Assembly: GCA_040753775.1 (NCBI GenBank)
Contig: JBFMDT010000001.1
Coordinates: 1 to 56,583 of the forward strand
Reading direction: 5' to 3'
From: Nanobdellota archaeon
GTDB taxonomy: Archaea; Nanobdellota; Nanobdellia; SCGC-AAA011-G17; JAFCDX01
DNA length: 56,583 bases
The notes under the pieces are model-generated. The model did no database searches. It was not told where the DNA came from and saw only the letters and a list, made by a program, of their open reading frames with translations. Shown piece by piece: positions 19,485 to 29,116 of this stretch; position 1 is the first letter of the stretch; each line of letters starts with the position of its first letter. The position numbers and the translations under genes were made by a program.

Positions 19485-20474
19485 ATGAAAAAGGTATTGG
19501 TCACTGGTGGTTGTGGATTTATAGGTCACCATATTGTTGAGCATATCCTAAAAAATACAGACTGGAATGTTAAGGTTATTGATAAGCTTACTTATGCAAG
19601 CAATGGCTTTGACAGGTTGAGAGATATAAATGTCTTTGACAATAAGAGAGTCCAGATATATGTAAGTGATTTTTCAGAAAGATTTTCAGAGGGTTTGGAA
19701 AAAGAGCTAAACAATGTAAATTATATTTTGCATATTGGTGCAGAAACCCATGTTGATAATTCAATTAAAGATCCCGAACCTTTCGTTTTTTCCAACGTAG
19801 TGGGGACTCTTAGAATGTTAGAATTTGCCAAGACTCAGAAAAACTTGAAATGGTTTATCTATTTTTCTACCGATGAGGTATTCGGACCGGCTCCTGAAGG
19901 AATATTTTATAAAGAATGGGACAGATATAATTCCACCAATCCTTATTCTGCAACTAAAGCTGGCGGCGAGGAATTATGTTTGGCATATGGTAATACTTAT
20001 AAACTTCCGGTTTTTATAACTCATACGATGAATGTTTTTGGAGAGCGCCAACATCCGGAAAAATTTATTCCGAAAGTTATTAAGACGGTGCTCAAAGGCG
20101 AGACTATTCCGATTCATTCGGACTCAACCAAAACTAAACCGGGAAGCCGGCATTGGATTCATGCCCGGAATGTTGCCAATGCTATCTTGTTTTTGCTTGA
20201 GCACGCAGAATTTCGAGAAAAATATAATATAGTTGGCGAAAAAGAGGTTAATAATTTGGAAATGGCGCAGTTCATCGCTCAGGTTGTTGGCAGGCCACTA
20301 GAATATAAAATGGTGGATTTTCATTCTTCAAGACCGGGCCATGACCTCCGTTACGGCTTAGACGGCTCAAAGCTAAAGTTTATGGGTTTTGAATATCCAA
20401 AAACATTTGAGCAGTCTTTGGAAAAAACAATTAAATGGACTTTAAAAAATCAAAGATGGCTGAATTGGAAATAG
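19485..20474 (+). CDS. rfbB: dTDP-glucose 4,6-dehydratase-like extended SDR
   Basis: GGCGFIG, AETHVD, STDEV, YSATK, RPGHDLRY. Confidence 0.88.
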   Translation: MKKVLVTGGCGFIGHHIVEHILKNTDWNVKVIDKLTYASNGFDRLRDINVFDNKRVQIYVSDFSERFSEGLEKELNNVNYILHIGAETHVDNSIKDPEPFVFSNVVGTLRMLEFAKTQKNLKWFIYFSTDEVFGPAPEGIFYKEWDRYNSTNPYSATKAGGEELCLAYGNTYKLPVFITHTMNVFGERQHPEKFIPKVIKTVLKGETIPIHSDSTKTKPGSRHWIHARNVANAILFLLEHAEFREKYNIVGEKEVNNLEMAQFIAQVVGRPLEYKMVDFHSSRPGHDLRYGLDGSKLKFMGFEYPKTFEQSLEKTIKWTLKNQRWLNWK

Positions 20475-20512
20475 ATAATTAATTTTATAAGCTAGACATT
20501 CTTACATTGCAT

Positions 20513-21010
20513 ATGAAAGTAATTTGTATTACTGGCTCTGTAGCATCAGGAAAAACTACATTGGCAAAAAAACTGACCAAGAAATTAAAAGCTAATTACA
20601 TTGATATTAATAAATTAATTCCTAAATATAAGCTGCAAATAGGCTACGATAAAAAGTACAAGAGCAGGATAATAGATTTAAGAAAACTGAAAAAGGTTCT
20701 GATATCTGTAATTAAAAAAAGTAAAAACAGTTTGGTAATAGATTCTCATCTTAGCCATTACATTCCAGCAAAATATAGTGATTTATGCATTGTTACAAAA
20801 TGCAATTTAAGAGAGCTGAAAAAAAGATTAATTAAAAAAGGCTATTCAAAGGAAAAAATAAGGCTTAATCTGGATGCAGAAATATTTGATATTTGTTTGG
20901 TAGAAGCCCTGGAAAATAAGCATAAAGTTTTTGTAGTAAACACGGACAGAAAATACGACATAAATAAGATTGCAAAAATTATTAAAAGTGGCAGACGTGC
21001 CCAAAGGTAG
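20513..21010 (+). CDS. Adenylate kinase AK6/Fap7 family
   Basis: ITGSVASGKTT, IDSH, LKKRL..KGYSKEKI..N..AEIFD. Confidence 0.88.
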   Translation: MKVICITGSVASGKTTLAKKLTKKLKANYIDINKLIPKYKLQIGYDKKYKSRIIDLRKLKKVLISVIKKSKNSLVIDSHLSHYIPAKYSDLCIVTKCNLRELKKRLIKKGYSKEKIRLNLDAEIFDICLVEALENKHKVFVVNTDRKYDINKIAKIIKSGRRAQR

Positions 21011-21261
21011 ATATAAACACCAATTACCAGCTACCCCCAACTCTTTCTTAGCTTCGTTACCCTATAAACGCCAGATAATTATGATAAATGTTGCTCTGTT
21101 CCCAGCCTAACATGGTTCACATAACATTGGCTCTACAGGACAAAGCCTCATTGTACAAGCCAGGACTGATAAATAATGCCATACCGTCCAATGAGCTTCA
21201 ACCCCAACTAAAGCCCGTTGTTGGTTACAGGTCAGGGCTAGCGACCCGGTCTAAGTCTGCC
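20990..21261 (-). ncRNA. ffs: Archaeal SRP RNA (7S), about 272 nt
   Basis: Terminal helix GGCAGAC/GUCUGCC; Alu-domain UGUAA motif; helix 8 AUGUUAGGCUG-GGAA-CAGAGCAACAU; TATA TTTAAAAA about 25 nt upstream. Confidence 0.92.
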
Positions 21262-21314
21262 TTAATTTATTATAAACCGCTATTTTTAAATCTTACTAAA
21301 ATAATAAAATAATC

Positions 21315-21887
21315 ATGAAAATTAAAAGATTCACCCTCGGCCTTATACAAACAAACCTTTACTTAATAACAAAAAATAAAGAAGCAATTTTAATAGACTG
21401 CGAAGAGCCAGAAATTATCCTAAATTACTTGACAAAAAACAAGCTAAAGCTGAAAGCAATTTTATTAACACACGGCCATTTTGATCATATTGAAGGTTTA
21501 TCAACTCTAAAGCAAAAAGCAAATGCCCTCCTTTACATAAACAAAAAGGATTTACATTACCTCAGCATTAAGCCAGATAGATTCCTTAAAAATAATCAAA
21601 CCCTAAACTTTAACAGTATAAAAATTAAGGCTATTTTCACGCCAGGGCATACAAAAGGCTCAACTTCCTTCTACCTTGAAAAAGAAAACACGGTATTTAC
21701 AGGAGATACCTTATTCAAGGAAGGAGTTGGCAGGGCAGACCTTCCAGATTCTAACTTAAATGACCTCAAAAATTCATTAAAAAAATTATTTAAGCTTCCA
21801 TTAAAAACAAGAGCGCTTCCTGGCCATGGAGACGAAACAACACTAGAAAATGAAATAAGCTACTTGAAAACTAAGCTTCGAATTTAA
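21315..21887 (+). CDS. MBL-fold metallo-hydrolase (glyoxalase II-like)
   Basis: THGHFDH, PGHT, GDTLF, PGHG. Confidence 0.92.
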   Translation: MKIKRFTLGLIQTNLYLITKNKEAILIDCEEPEIILNYLTKNKLKLKAILLTHGHFDHIEGLSTLKQKANALLYINKKDLHYLSIKPDRFLKNNQTLNFNSIKIKAIFTPGHTKGSTSFYLEKENTVFTGDTLFKEGVGRADLPDSNLNDLKNSLKKLFKLPLKTRALPGHGDETTLENEISYLKTKLRI

Positions 21888-22767
21888 CAGAGCTTAATTT
21901 TATTAATTCGCTTCCTATTCCCTTGCCTAAGTAATAAAAAGAACCAGCGCTAATCCTGCTCATAAGTATGTCAATAATGTTCCTGCTTTTCTTGTATTCA
22001 ATTAATTCTGCTTCAGTGATGTTTGCCATTTTCTTTGTTATTTCTATTGCTGTTTCTTTATTTCCTAAGTAATCCACTAACCCATTTTCTTTAGCTTCTA
22101 TTCCAAGGTAAACAGAGCCATCCGCAAGCTTAAGCATTTTCTCCTTGTTTATATTTCTGTTTTTTGCCAAATCTGTAACAAAAAAATCATATATCAAATC
22201 AAGCTTTTTCTGCAGCAATGCTCTTTCATCATAAGTCAGATTTTTGTATGGGCTTCCTGCATCCTTGTACTTTCCTGCTGTAATGCTTTGGTATGTTATT
22301 CCATATTCCTCAAAAAGCCTGCTGAACTCAAGATAGCTTCCAAGAACTCCAATGCTTCCTGTTATGCTCATTGGATCAGCAACAATAACATCAGCAGCGC
22401 TTGCAACCCAATATGCTCCAGAAGCTCCAACTTCCCTTATCAATGCAACCTTCGGTTTCTTGACAGCCTTGACAGCATCAGCAACCTCCTTTGATGCAAC
22501 AACGCTTCCGCCAGGGCTGTTTATCTCAATTATAATTCCTTTTACTTTATCATTCTTATCAGCGCTTTTTATAAATCCGGTTAAAGTATTTGAGTCCATG
22601 CTATTGTCCTCAAAGTAGCTTCCACTTGCCCCTATTGGTCTGTCAACAGAGATTACAGCTATCTTGTCCTTGAAGTCAACCCTGCTAATAAGATTAAACA
22701 ATATAATTAACAGGATAAAAAATACAATTACAGAACTGATAATTACCACCTTCATCCTTTTTTTCAT
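21871..22767 (-). CDS. sppA: Signal peptide peptidase SppA (S49)
   Basis: INSPGG, ASGAYW, TGSIGV; N-terminal TM. Confidence 0.93.
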   Translation of the reverse strand: MKKRMKVVIISSVIVFFILLIILFNLISRVDFKDKIAVISVDRPIGASGSYFEDNSMDSNTLTGFIKSADKNDKVKGIIIEINSPGGSVVASKEVADAVKAVKKPKVALIREVGASGAYWVASAADVIVADPMSITGSIGVLGSYLEFSRLFEEYGITYQSITAGKYKDAGSPYKNLTYDERALLQKKLDLIYDFFVTDLAKNRNINKEKMLKLADGSVYLGIEAKENGLVDYLGNKETAIEITKKMANITEAELIEYKKSRNIIDILMSRISAGSFYYLGKGIGSELIKLSSVKFEA

Positions 22768-22791
22768 ATCACACTTACAACAGCATAGTAT

Positions 22792-22935
22792 TTAAATATT
22801 TTTATTGTTGTTTATTTTAACTGCATCAACAGGAATTTTAGATTCTCTGTCAGTAATTTGAATTTGCTGCTCTCCGCAACCGCTTACAAGCAACAGAAGG
22901 ATTGCTAATGCGATTCCAAAAATCATAAGTTTCAT
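22792..22935 (-). pseudogene. Short lipobox-bearing ORF, probably a truncated lipoprotein gene
   Basis: MKLMIFGIALAILLLLVSGC followed by only 27 aa ending in low-complexity NNNKNI. Confidence 0.45.
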
Positions 22936-23031
22936 ATTTGTTTTTGTACGGAATATGCTTATATACCTTTGTAAAATTAATGCAGAGTAATAAGAAGTTA
23001 TATTTATATAGGAATTAGGCATGCTAAATAT

Positions 23032-23652
23032 ATGCTCAAAAAGATATTAATTTTCATAATTCTTTTTTCCGCTATCTCCTACGCATCATTAAGCAACTAT
23101 CCAGAGCCATTTGTAAAAGATAACTTATTGAATAACATCATAATGGTCATAGGAAGCAGAAATGTGCAGACAAACACGCTTGTTGCAACGGACATAGCTC
23201 TTGGATTGCCAACTAACAAAGGAACTTCCAAGACATTATTTGACACAGAAATAAAAGCAATCAACGGAAATTTGATAGTAATAGGAACTCCCTGCAATAA
23301 TAAGATAACAGCAGAGCTGCTTGAAACAAACGACTGCCATTCTGGATTAAATAAAGGAGAGGCGATGCTAGAATTAATCCAGCAAGATAATAATGCAATA
23401 TTGATAGTAACTGCCTATGGAAATGAAGAGCTTAGGAATTTAGGAAAAATAGTAAGAGATTATAACAACTACAAACAGTTTTTTACCTCTGACACCCTTC
23501 TCATAAAAGGCAGTTCAATAGAGCAATATAATTACATACCAAAAAAACAGGAGCAGGCAGGGGAGCAGAAGCAAATTGAAAAGCCTTCTGTGGAGCAGCC
23601 TGAAAGCCTATGGACAAGATTCATCAACTGGCTTAAAAGTCTATTTTCATAA
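23032..23652 (+). CDS. Secreted S-layer-like protein
   Basis: Signal peptide; LSNYPEPFV and NLIVIGTPCNN motifs typical of archaeal S-layer family domains; amphipathic C-terminus. Confidence 0.7.
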   Translation: MLKKILIFIILFSAISYASLSNYPEPFVKDNLLNNIIMVIGSRNVQTNTLVATDIALGLPTNKGTSKTLFDTEIKAINGNLIVIGTPCNNKITAELLETNDCHSGLNKGEAMLELIQQDNNAILIVTAYGNEELRNLGKIVRDYNNYKQFFTSDTLLIKGSSIEQYNYIPKKQEQAGEQKQIEKPSVEQPESLWTRFINWLKSLFS

Positions 23653-23702
23653 ATTTAAAAAGGCGACGAAAGATTTTTAAACAATTGATTATCAGCTTAA
23701 TT

Positions 23703-23969
23703 ATGGAACTAGGCGGAAACATAAGCTTGCAGGGATTTGAAAGCACAGAGCCAGCAACATTGATAGTTGTAAAGAAGATTGTTGGAAATTATGCTAAAAA
23801 AATTTCTGAAATAAAAGACCTTAAAAAGCTGACAGTAAGTCGCAACAGCAGTAGCATAGAAGCGACAGCCCAGCTTAATGATAAGGAAATAAAGGAAAAA
23901 GCAAGTTCTGACAACCTCTTTTTTGCCTTGTCAGAAGTTCTTAATAATCTGCTCAAAAAGCTTGGCTGA
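23703..23969 (+). CDS. Conserved small protein, possible HPF/RaiA-like fold
   Basis: MELGGNISLQGF...KASSDNLFFALSEVLNNLLKKL; directly upstream of rpl21e. Confidence 0.6.
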   Translation: MELGGNISLQGFESTEPATLIVVKKIVGNYAKKISEIKDLKKLTVSRNSSSIEATAQLNDKEIKEKASSDNLFFALSEVLNNLLKKLG

Positions 23970-24005
23970 CAAAAGATTTATAAATAAATTACCTTTTATT
24001 TAAAA

Positions 24006-24293
24006 ATGAAAAGAATAGGCGGCTCTAGGCGCAAAACAAGGAAGAAATTAAAGAAGAACATTCGTTTAAAGGGAAAAATAAGCCTTAGAAAATACTTTCA
24101 AAACTTTAACATAGGCGATAAGGTTTGCCTTGTTGCAGAGCCATCTATACAAAAATCAATGTACCACGCAAGGTTTCATAGCCTGACAGGGACAGTTAAG
24201 GCAAAGCGAGGCAGTTGTTATGAAATCCTTGTCAAAGACAAAAACAAGGAAAAAACAATAATAACCCACCCAATACACTTAAAGAGGTTATAA
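24006..24293 (+). CDS. rpl21e: 50S ribosomal protein L21e
   Basis: GSRRKTR, HARFHSLTG, HPIHLK. Confidence 0.95.
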   Translation: MKRIGGSRRKTRKKLKKNIRLKGKISLRKYFQNFNIGDKVCLVAEPSIQKSMYHARFHSLTGTVKAKRGSCYEILVKDKNKEKTIITHPIHLKRL

Positions 24294-24329
24294 AAGAGGC
24301 TTTTAGAAAAGGCTTCAGCAAAAAACAAA

Positions 24330-24662
24330 ATGCCAGAAATAAAAATACTATCGGAAAAGTCACTTGCAATGCTTGAGGTCAAGGAAATATTAAGCAAAAA
24401 AAGAAAAGAGCTAAGCGAGAAAGGCACAAAAACACTCAACTATATTGAAGCAGTTCAGCAGAAGAAAGATAAAAAGGCAAAGGAGGCTATAGAAAAAATA
24501 ATTTCATTAAGCATTCAGAGATTAAAGGAAAAGCAAATAAAAAAAATAGTGGACATAGCCCCAAGCGACATTGATAGCTTAAGAACTATACTTTCAGGAG
24601 AAGGCACAACCTTGAAGCAGGAAGACCTCCAAAAAATATTAGAAGCGCTAAAAGCAGATTAA
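24330..24662 (+). CDS. rpoF: RNA polymerase subunit F (Rpo4)
   Basis: Position between rpl21e and DUF655; KIVDIAP...LRTIL. Confidence 0.85.
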   Translation: MPEIKILSEKSLAMLEVKEILSKKRKELSEKGTKTLNYIEAVQQKKDKKAKEAIEKIISLSIQRLKEKQIKKIVDIAPSDIDSLRTILSGEGTTLKQEDLQKILEALKAD

Positions 24663-24679
24663 AATGCCAAGTAAAGAAA

Positions 24680-25237
24680 ATGCCAAGCACAAAAGAAGAA
24701 TATGTAATTGTACTGGATTACCTTCCACATGGCCATCCCTTCGACAAAAGGCCAATGCACAGGAAGACTGCAATAGCGCAAGCCATAGGCAAAAATTATT
24801 TTATTCTGCTTGAGCTTGTACCAAAACGAGAGCAGACACTTCAGGCCCATGAAGAAGTTTACATAGGTGAAGGGAAAAGAGACAAGATACATCATATTCT
24901 AGGAAAAATTAACTCAACGGAATTAACAGAAACAGCAAAGACAGAGCTTAGTTACATAATAGAAAACCTTGTGAAGAAAAATGAGCAGCGCTTTATCAAC
25001 TTCTTTAACAATGCATCCCCTATAAACTTAAGAGTGCACCAGCTTGAGTTGCTGCCAGGAGTTGGAAAAAAACACATGCAGGAGATAATAGCAAGAAGGG
25101 AAGAAGAAAAATTCAAGAGTTTTGAGGACATAAAACAGAGAGTTAAGCTCATGCCCGACCCTGAGAAAATTGTAATAAAAAGAATTCTTAACGAGCTTGA
25201 AGGCAAAGAGAAATATAACTTGTTTGTTGGAAGCTAA
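24680..25237 (+). CDS. DUF655 family RNA-binding protein
   Basis: VLDYLPHG, HQLELLPGVGKK HhH motif. Confidence 0.92.
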   Translation: MPSTKEEYVIVLDYLPHGHPFDKRPMHRKTAIAQAIGKNYFILLELVPKREQTLQAHEEVYIGEGKRDKIHHILGKINSTELTETAKTELSYIIENLVKKNEQRFINFFNNASPINLRVHQLELLPGVGKKHMQEIIARREEEKFKSFEDIKQRVKLMPDPEKIVIKRILNELEGKEKYNLFVGS

Positions 25238-25929
25238 ATTTCATACTGCATAAGAACACAATAGCCAAGAGAAGCCTTATCAGCAGGCCTTGCATTTTCA
25301 ACTGGTCTTACTATTTTGGCTCCTAGCCCAAGATGCAAATCAATCGGATCTGGAAACTCTTTTGGCTGGCCATTGGTTTTTGTTTCCAGGTATTTTTCAA
25401 TTGAGGCACTGCCGTATTTTGTTGTGTAATCCCTATAACCAGAAGGCCTTGTGAATACAAACATTTTCTCTAATCCATTCTCTTTAAATCCTTTAGCCAT
25501 GGCCCTTGCTGCAAGAACAAGCTGCTTTGCTATCCCCTTTATCCCATACTTATGTAGCTCCTTTGATGTATTAACAGCTGGGCAAACAAGGCTTTTTCCT
25601 TTTGGATCATGCGTAACGAAGTATCCTTGTGCCGTCAATAAATTCCAGTCTCTGAATTCATAATCAGCTTCTACCCTTAGCGAGCTTATGTTGCCTATTA
25701 TTTTGTTTAAGCTAGCATGGTAAGCAGAAAGCTGCCCTTCTGGAAATATCTCGGCCCTTTTTTTAAATTGCTTTATTACAATATATTTTATCTGCTTGTC
25801 TGTCAGCATGTTAAACTCGTTTCTAAGAACATCCAGCCATGCCTCGTAATATACATTGGCAGATTCAATAAAATGCTTTTCATCAAGCCTTGCAGTATTG
25901 ATCACCTCAATGCCATTAATTTTCTGCAT
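25234..25929 (-). CDS. GNAT-like acetyltransferase (YkwB-like)
   Basis: FPEGQL, GYFVTHDPKG, RPSGY, DPI..H..LGA, S.GYCVLMQY. Confidence 0.6.
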   Translation of the reverse strand: MQKINGIEVINTARLDEKHFIESANVYYEAWLDVLRNEFNMLTDKQIKYIVIKQFKKRAEIFPEGQLSAYHASLNKIIGNISSLRVEADYEFRDWNLLTAQGYFVTHDPKGKSLVCPAVNTSKELHKYGIKGIAKQLVLAARAMAKGFKENGLEKMFVFTRPSGYRDYTTKYGSASIEKYLETKTNGQPKEFPDPIDLHLGLGAKIVRPVENARPADKASLGYCVLMQYEI

Positions 25930-26018
25930 GCAATATTCAGCTACAAAAAAGTTATAAACCTTTCTAATATTTTAACATGAATCAAAAGCTTTTTAAACAT
26001 ATGATTATGGTAAAAAAT

Positions 26019-26513
26019 ATGCCTGAGGAAAAAATAAAGCACATTGTAAGGCTGATAAATACAGACCTAGGTGGCAATAAGCAGCTTTATAATGCCTTAA
26101 CCAAGGTTAAAGGTGTAAGCTACAGCTTTGCCAATGCAGTGTGCAACGTGGTGAATATAGACAAGGCAAAAAAGATAGGCATATTGACAAAGGAGGAACT
26201 TGCAAAAATAGAGGATGCAATAAAAAATCCTTCAAAATACAGCATTCCTGCATGGCTTTTTAACAGGAGAAAGGATCTTGATACAGGCAAGGACATTCAT
26301 TTGCTTACATCAGATCTAAGCTTAAGGACAGAATTTGACATAAAAAATCTTAAAAAAATAAAGTCCTACAGGGGTATCCGCCATGCAATGGGGCTTCCTG
26401 TAAGAGGGCAAAAGACAAGGGCTCACTTCAGAAAGGGAGCTGCCCTTGGAGTACAAAGAAAGAAAGTCCTAGCAGCACAAAAGGCATCTAAAACAGAAAA
26501 GAAAGAGAAGTAA
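26019..26513 (+). CDS. rps13: 30S ribosomal protein S13
   Basis: NRRKD, SYRGIRHAMGLPVRGQKT; exact start uncertain. Confidence 0.96.
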   Translation: MPEEKIKHIVRLINTDLGGNKQLYNALTKVKGVSYSFANAVCNVVNIDKAKKIGILTKEELAKIEDAIKNPSKYSIPAWLFNRRKDLDTGKDIHLLTSDLSLRTEFDIKNLKKIKSYRGIRHAMGLPVRGQKTRAHFRKGAALGVQRKKVLAAQKASKTEKKEK

Positions 26514-26514
26514 A

Positions 26515-27069
26515 ATGGGAGATCCAAGAAAATTAAAAAAGAAATACAAAACACCGTTTCACCCATGGAAAAAGGAAAGGATAGAAAAAGAAAGGGAAAT
26601 CCTTAAGGAATACGGCTTAAAGAACAAAAAAGAGATATGGAGAGCAGAATCAAAGCTGAAAAAATATACAAGACAAGCAAAAAGGCTTATCAAGGGCATA
26701 GGAAAGCAAACAGAAATAGAGCGCAAGCAGATGATTTCAAGCTTAAACAGGTTGAACTTAATTGCTGAAAATGCGAAGCCTGAAGACGTGCTTAACTTTG
26801 GTATTAAAAACATACTTAACAGAAGGCTGCAGAGCTTTGTGTGCAGATTAGGCTTGGCAAGGTCAATGAAGCAGGCAAGGCAGTTCATAACCCATGGCCA
26901 TATTTTTGTAAATGGGAAAAAAATAAATGTTCCGTCCTACATAATTAAAAAAGACGAGGAAGATAAAATAACATTTAACCCAAGCTCTTCGCTTTCAAGC
27001 CAAGAGCATTCTGAAAGAAGCTTAAAAGAAGAAAAAAAGGAAACAGTTAAAGAGGAGCCTAAGGAATAA
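26515..27069 (+). CDS. rps4: 30S ribosomal protein S4
   Basis: [27 protein letters not shown]. Confidence 0.96.
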   Translation: MGDPRKLKKKYKTPFHPWKKERIEKEREILKEYGLKNKKEIWRAESKLKKYTRQAKRLIKGIGKQTEIERKQMISSLNRLNLIAENAKPEDVLNFGIKNILNRRLQSFVCRLGLARSMKQARQFITHGHIFVNGKKINVPSYIIKKDEEDKITFNPSSSLSSQEHSERSLKEEKKETVKEEPKE

Positions 27070-27070
27070 A

Positions 27071-27466
27071 ATGGCAGAAAAATTGAGATGGGGAGTAGCT
27101 CATATCTACTCAAGCTACAATAATACAATAATTCATGTGACAGACATAACTGGATCAGAAACAATTAGCAAGGGCTCTGGTGGCATGGTTACAAAGGCGC
27201 ACAGATTAGAGAGTTCGCCAACAGCAGCAATGGGGGCAGCAAAAATAGCAGCTGAAAGGGCTCTTGAAAATGGCATAAATGCTGTCCACATAAAGGTAAG
27301 AGCACCTGGCGGCCACAATGGCCCAAGCTCTACAGGCCCTGGAGCAAATGCAGCGATAAGAGCCTTGGCAAGGGCAGGTCTTAAAATAGGCTCTATAGAA
27401 GATGTTACCCCAATACCAACAGATGCTTGCAGAAAGAAGGGAGGAAAGAGAGGCAGAAGAGTATAA
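27071..27466 (+). CDS. rps11: 30S ribosomal protein S11
   Basis: [26 protein letters not shown]. Confidence 0.96.
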   Translation: MAEKLRWGVAHIYSSYNNTIIHVTDITGSETISKGSGGMVTKAHRLESSPTAAMGAAKIAAERALENGINAVHIKVRAPGGHNGPSSTGPGANAAIRALARAGLKIGSIEDVTPIPTDACRKKGGKRGRRV

Positions 27467-28254
27467 TGGAAATTGAAATTTTAAACAAAGGTAAGGAAAA
27501 ACTAAACTTTATTCTAAAAGACATAAACCCAAGTATAGCAAATACACTTAGAAGAATTATGACATCAGAAGTTCCGGTAATGGCTATAGATGATATAAGC
27601 TTCACAAAAAACAGCTCTGCGCTTTATGATGAGATATTGGCATTGCGCTTTGGCTTAATACCTTTGAAGACAGACCTTAAGTCCTATGAGCTTAAGGAAA
27701 AATGCACGTGCAAAGGCGAGGGCTGTGCAAAGTGCCAGCTTAACCTAAAGCTTAACTGCAAGGGCCCGTGCACTGTTTATGCTTCTGATCTTAAAAGCCA
27801 GGATCCAAAGGTCGAGCCTATTTTTTCAAAAATGCCTATTGTAAAGCTTTTAAAGAACCAGGAGCTTGAGCTTGAGGCTGTTGCAGTGCTTGGTAAGGGA
27901 AAGGCTCATGCAAAATTCAGCCCGGGGCTTGTTTATTACAAAGGATACCCTAAAATAAAAATAGCAAATAACCTAAAAAATCCTGAAAAATGCCTTAATA
28001 TCTGCCCTGTTAATGTATATGAAATAAAAGACAAAGTGCTTAGGGCAAAAAATATTACTAACTGCACCCTATGTAATGCTTGTGTCGAAGAGGCGGATCC
28101 TAGTGGCGCAATAGAAGTAACAGGCTCTGAAAAAGATTACATATTTTACATAGAGTCATGGGGGCAGCTCACTCCAATAGAAATATTTACAGAGGCATTA
28201 AATATGTTTGATGAAAATCTTGATGAATTTGCAGCAAAATTGAAAAAGGCTTAA
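27466..28254 (+). CDS. rpoD: RNA polymerase subunit D (Rpo3) with ferredoxin-like insert
   Basis: ANTLRR, HAKFSP, CLNICP and CTLCNAC. Confidence 0.95.
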   Translation: MEIEILNKGKEKLNFILKDINPSIANTLRRIMTSEVPVMAIDDISFTKNSSALYDEILALRFGLIPLKTDLKSYELKEKCTCKGEGCAKCQLNLKLNCKGPCTVYASDLKSQDPKVEPIFSKMPIVKLLKNQELELEAVAVLGKGKAHAKFSPGLVYYKGYPKIKIANNLKNPEKCLNICPVNVYEIKDKVLRAKNITNCTLCNACVEEADPSGAIEVTGSEKDYIFYIESWGQLTPIEIFTEALNMFDENLDEFAAKLKKA

Positions 28255-28280
28255 ATATTAGTAAAGCTCTGGCACAGTAA

Positions 28281-28375
28281 GCGGGTGTGCCGGAGTGGTC
28301 AAACGGGCATGGCTAAGGCAAAGGTAGAAACCATGTGGCTTAGTGCCTACGCAGGTTCGAATCCTGTCACCCGCA
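28281..28375 (+). tRNA. tRNA-Leu, anticodon AAG, with an 11-nt intron (28319-28329)
   Basis: Acceptor GCGGGTG/CACCCGC plus A73, long variable arm, anticodon stem CATGG/CCATG, T loop TTCGAAT; located between rpoD and rpl18e. Confidence 0.85.
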
Positions 28376-28382
28376 GTACAAA

Positions 28383-28745
28383 ATGGCAAAAAGAACAGGT
28401 CCAACAAACCCAATAACAAAAAGGATTGTAATAGCCCTAGAAAAGGCAGGCCGAAAGGAAAGGGTTAATTTATGGAAAAGAATCGCTTATGAGCTCCAAA
28501 GACCAAGGCGCCAGAGAAGAGAGGCAAACCTTTCAAAAATAAACAAATATGCAAGAGAAAATGAGATTGCTTTAGTGCCTGGAAAGGTTCTTAGCAATGG
28601 GCAGCTTACAAAAAAGATTACAGTAGCAGCATTAAGCTTTTCAAAAAGTGCAGAGGAAAAAATAAACAAAATTGGAAAGGCGATAACAATACAACAATTG
28701 CTAAGGGAAAACCCAAAGGCAAGAAGGGTAAGGATAATAGGTTAA
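28383..28745 (+). CDS. rpl18e: 50S ribosomal protein L18e
   Basis: TGPTNP, NLSKIN, VPGKVL. Confidence 0.95.
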   Translation: MAKRTGPTNPITKRIVIALEKAGRKERVNLWKRIAYELQRPRRQRREANLSKINKYARENEIALVPGKVLSNGQLTKKITVAALSFSKSAEEKINKIGKAITIQQLLRENPKARRVRIIG

Positions 28746-28746
28746 A

Positions 28747-29115
28747 ATGAGCTTGAAGGAAATATTAAAAAAATTTAAATTTAAAAAATATTATCTTGTA
28801 TTTGAAGCAGAAGGATTAATAACCTCTGAAAAAGGAATAAAGATACCTCAAGATTATGACACAGGACAGGGAAGCTATATTACTGTAGACAAAATAATAG
28901 ATAAAATAATAAATAATCAATCTTTTGAAAATACATTTTATAAAGCCAAACAAAAAAAGTTTATAAGAATAATTTATAAAAAAATAAAAATTTCCCCAGG
29001 TAGCTTTGTAGATACAACCATAATAACAAATGATAAAGATGTTTTGAAAGAAAATCAAAAGTTTGGCTGGGAAAAATCATACAAAACAACAAGGGAGCTT
29101 AAAAAATTGTTGTAA
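28747..29115 (+). CDS. Hypothetical AT-rich protein inserted in the ribosomal operon
   Basis: Starts 1 nt after the rpl18e stop; no motif recognised. Confidence 0.6.
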   Translation: MSLKEILKKFKFKKYYLVFEAEGLITSEKGIKIPQDYDTGQGSYITVDKIIDKIINNQSFENTFYKAKQKKFIRIIYKKIKISPGSFVDTTIITNDKDVLKENQKFGWEKSYKTTRELKKLL

Positions 29116-29116
29116 A

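Noticed and set aside
21088-21312. 74-aa plus-strand ORF
   Set aside because: It is antisense to the SRP RNA and has no protein motif
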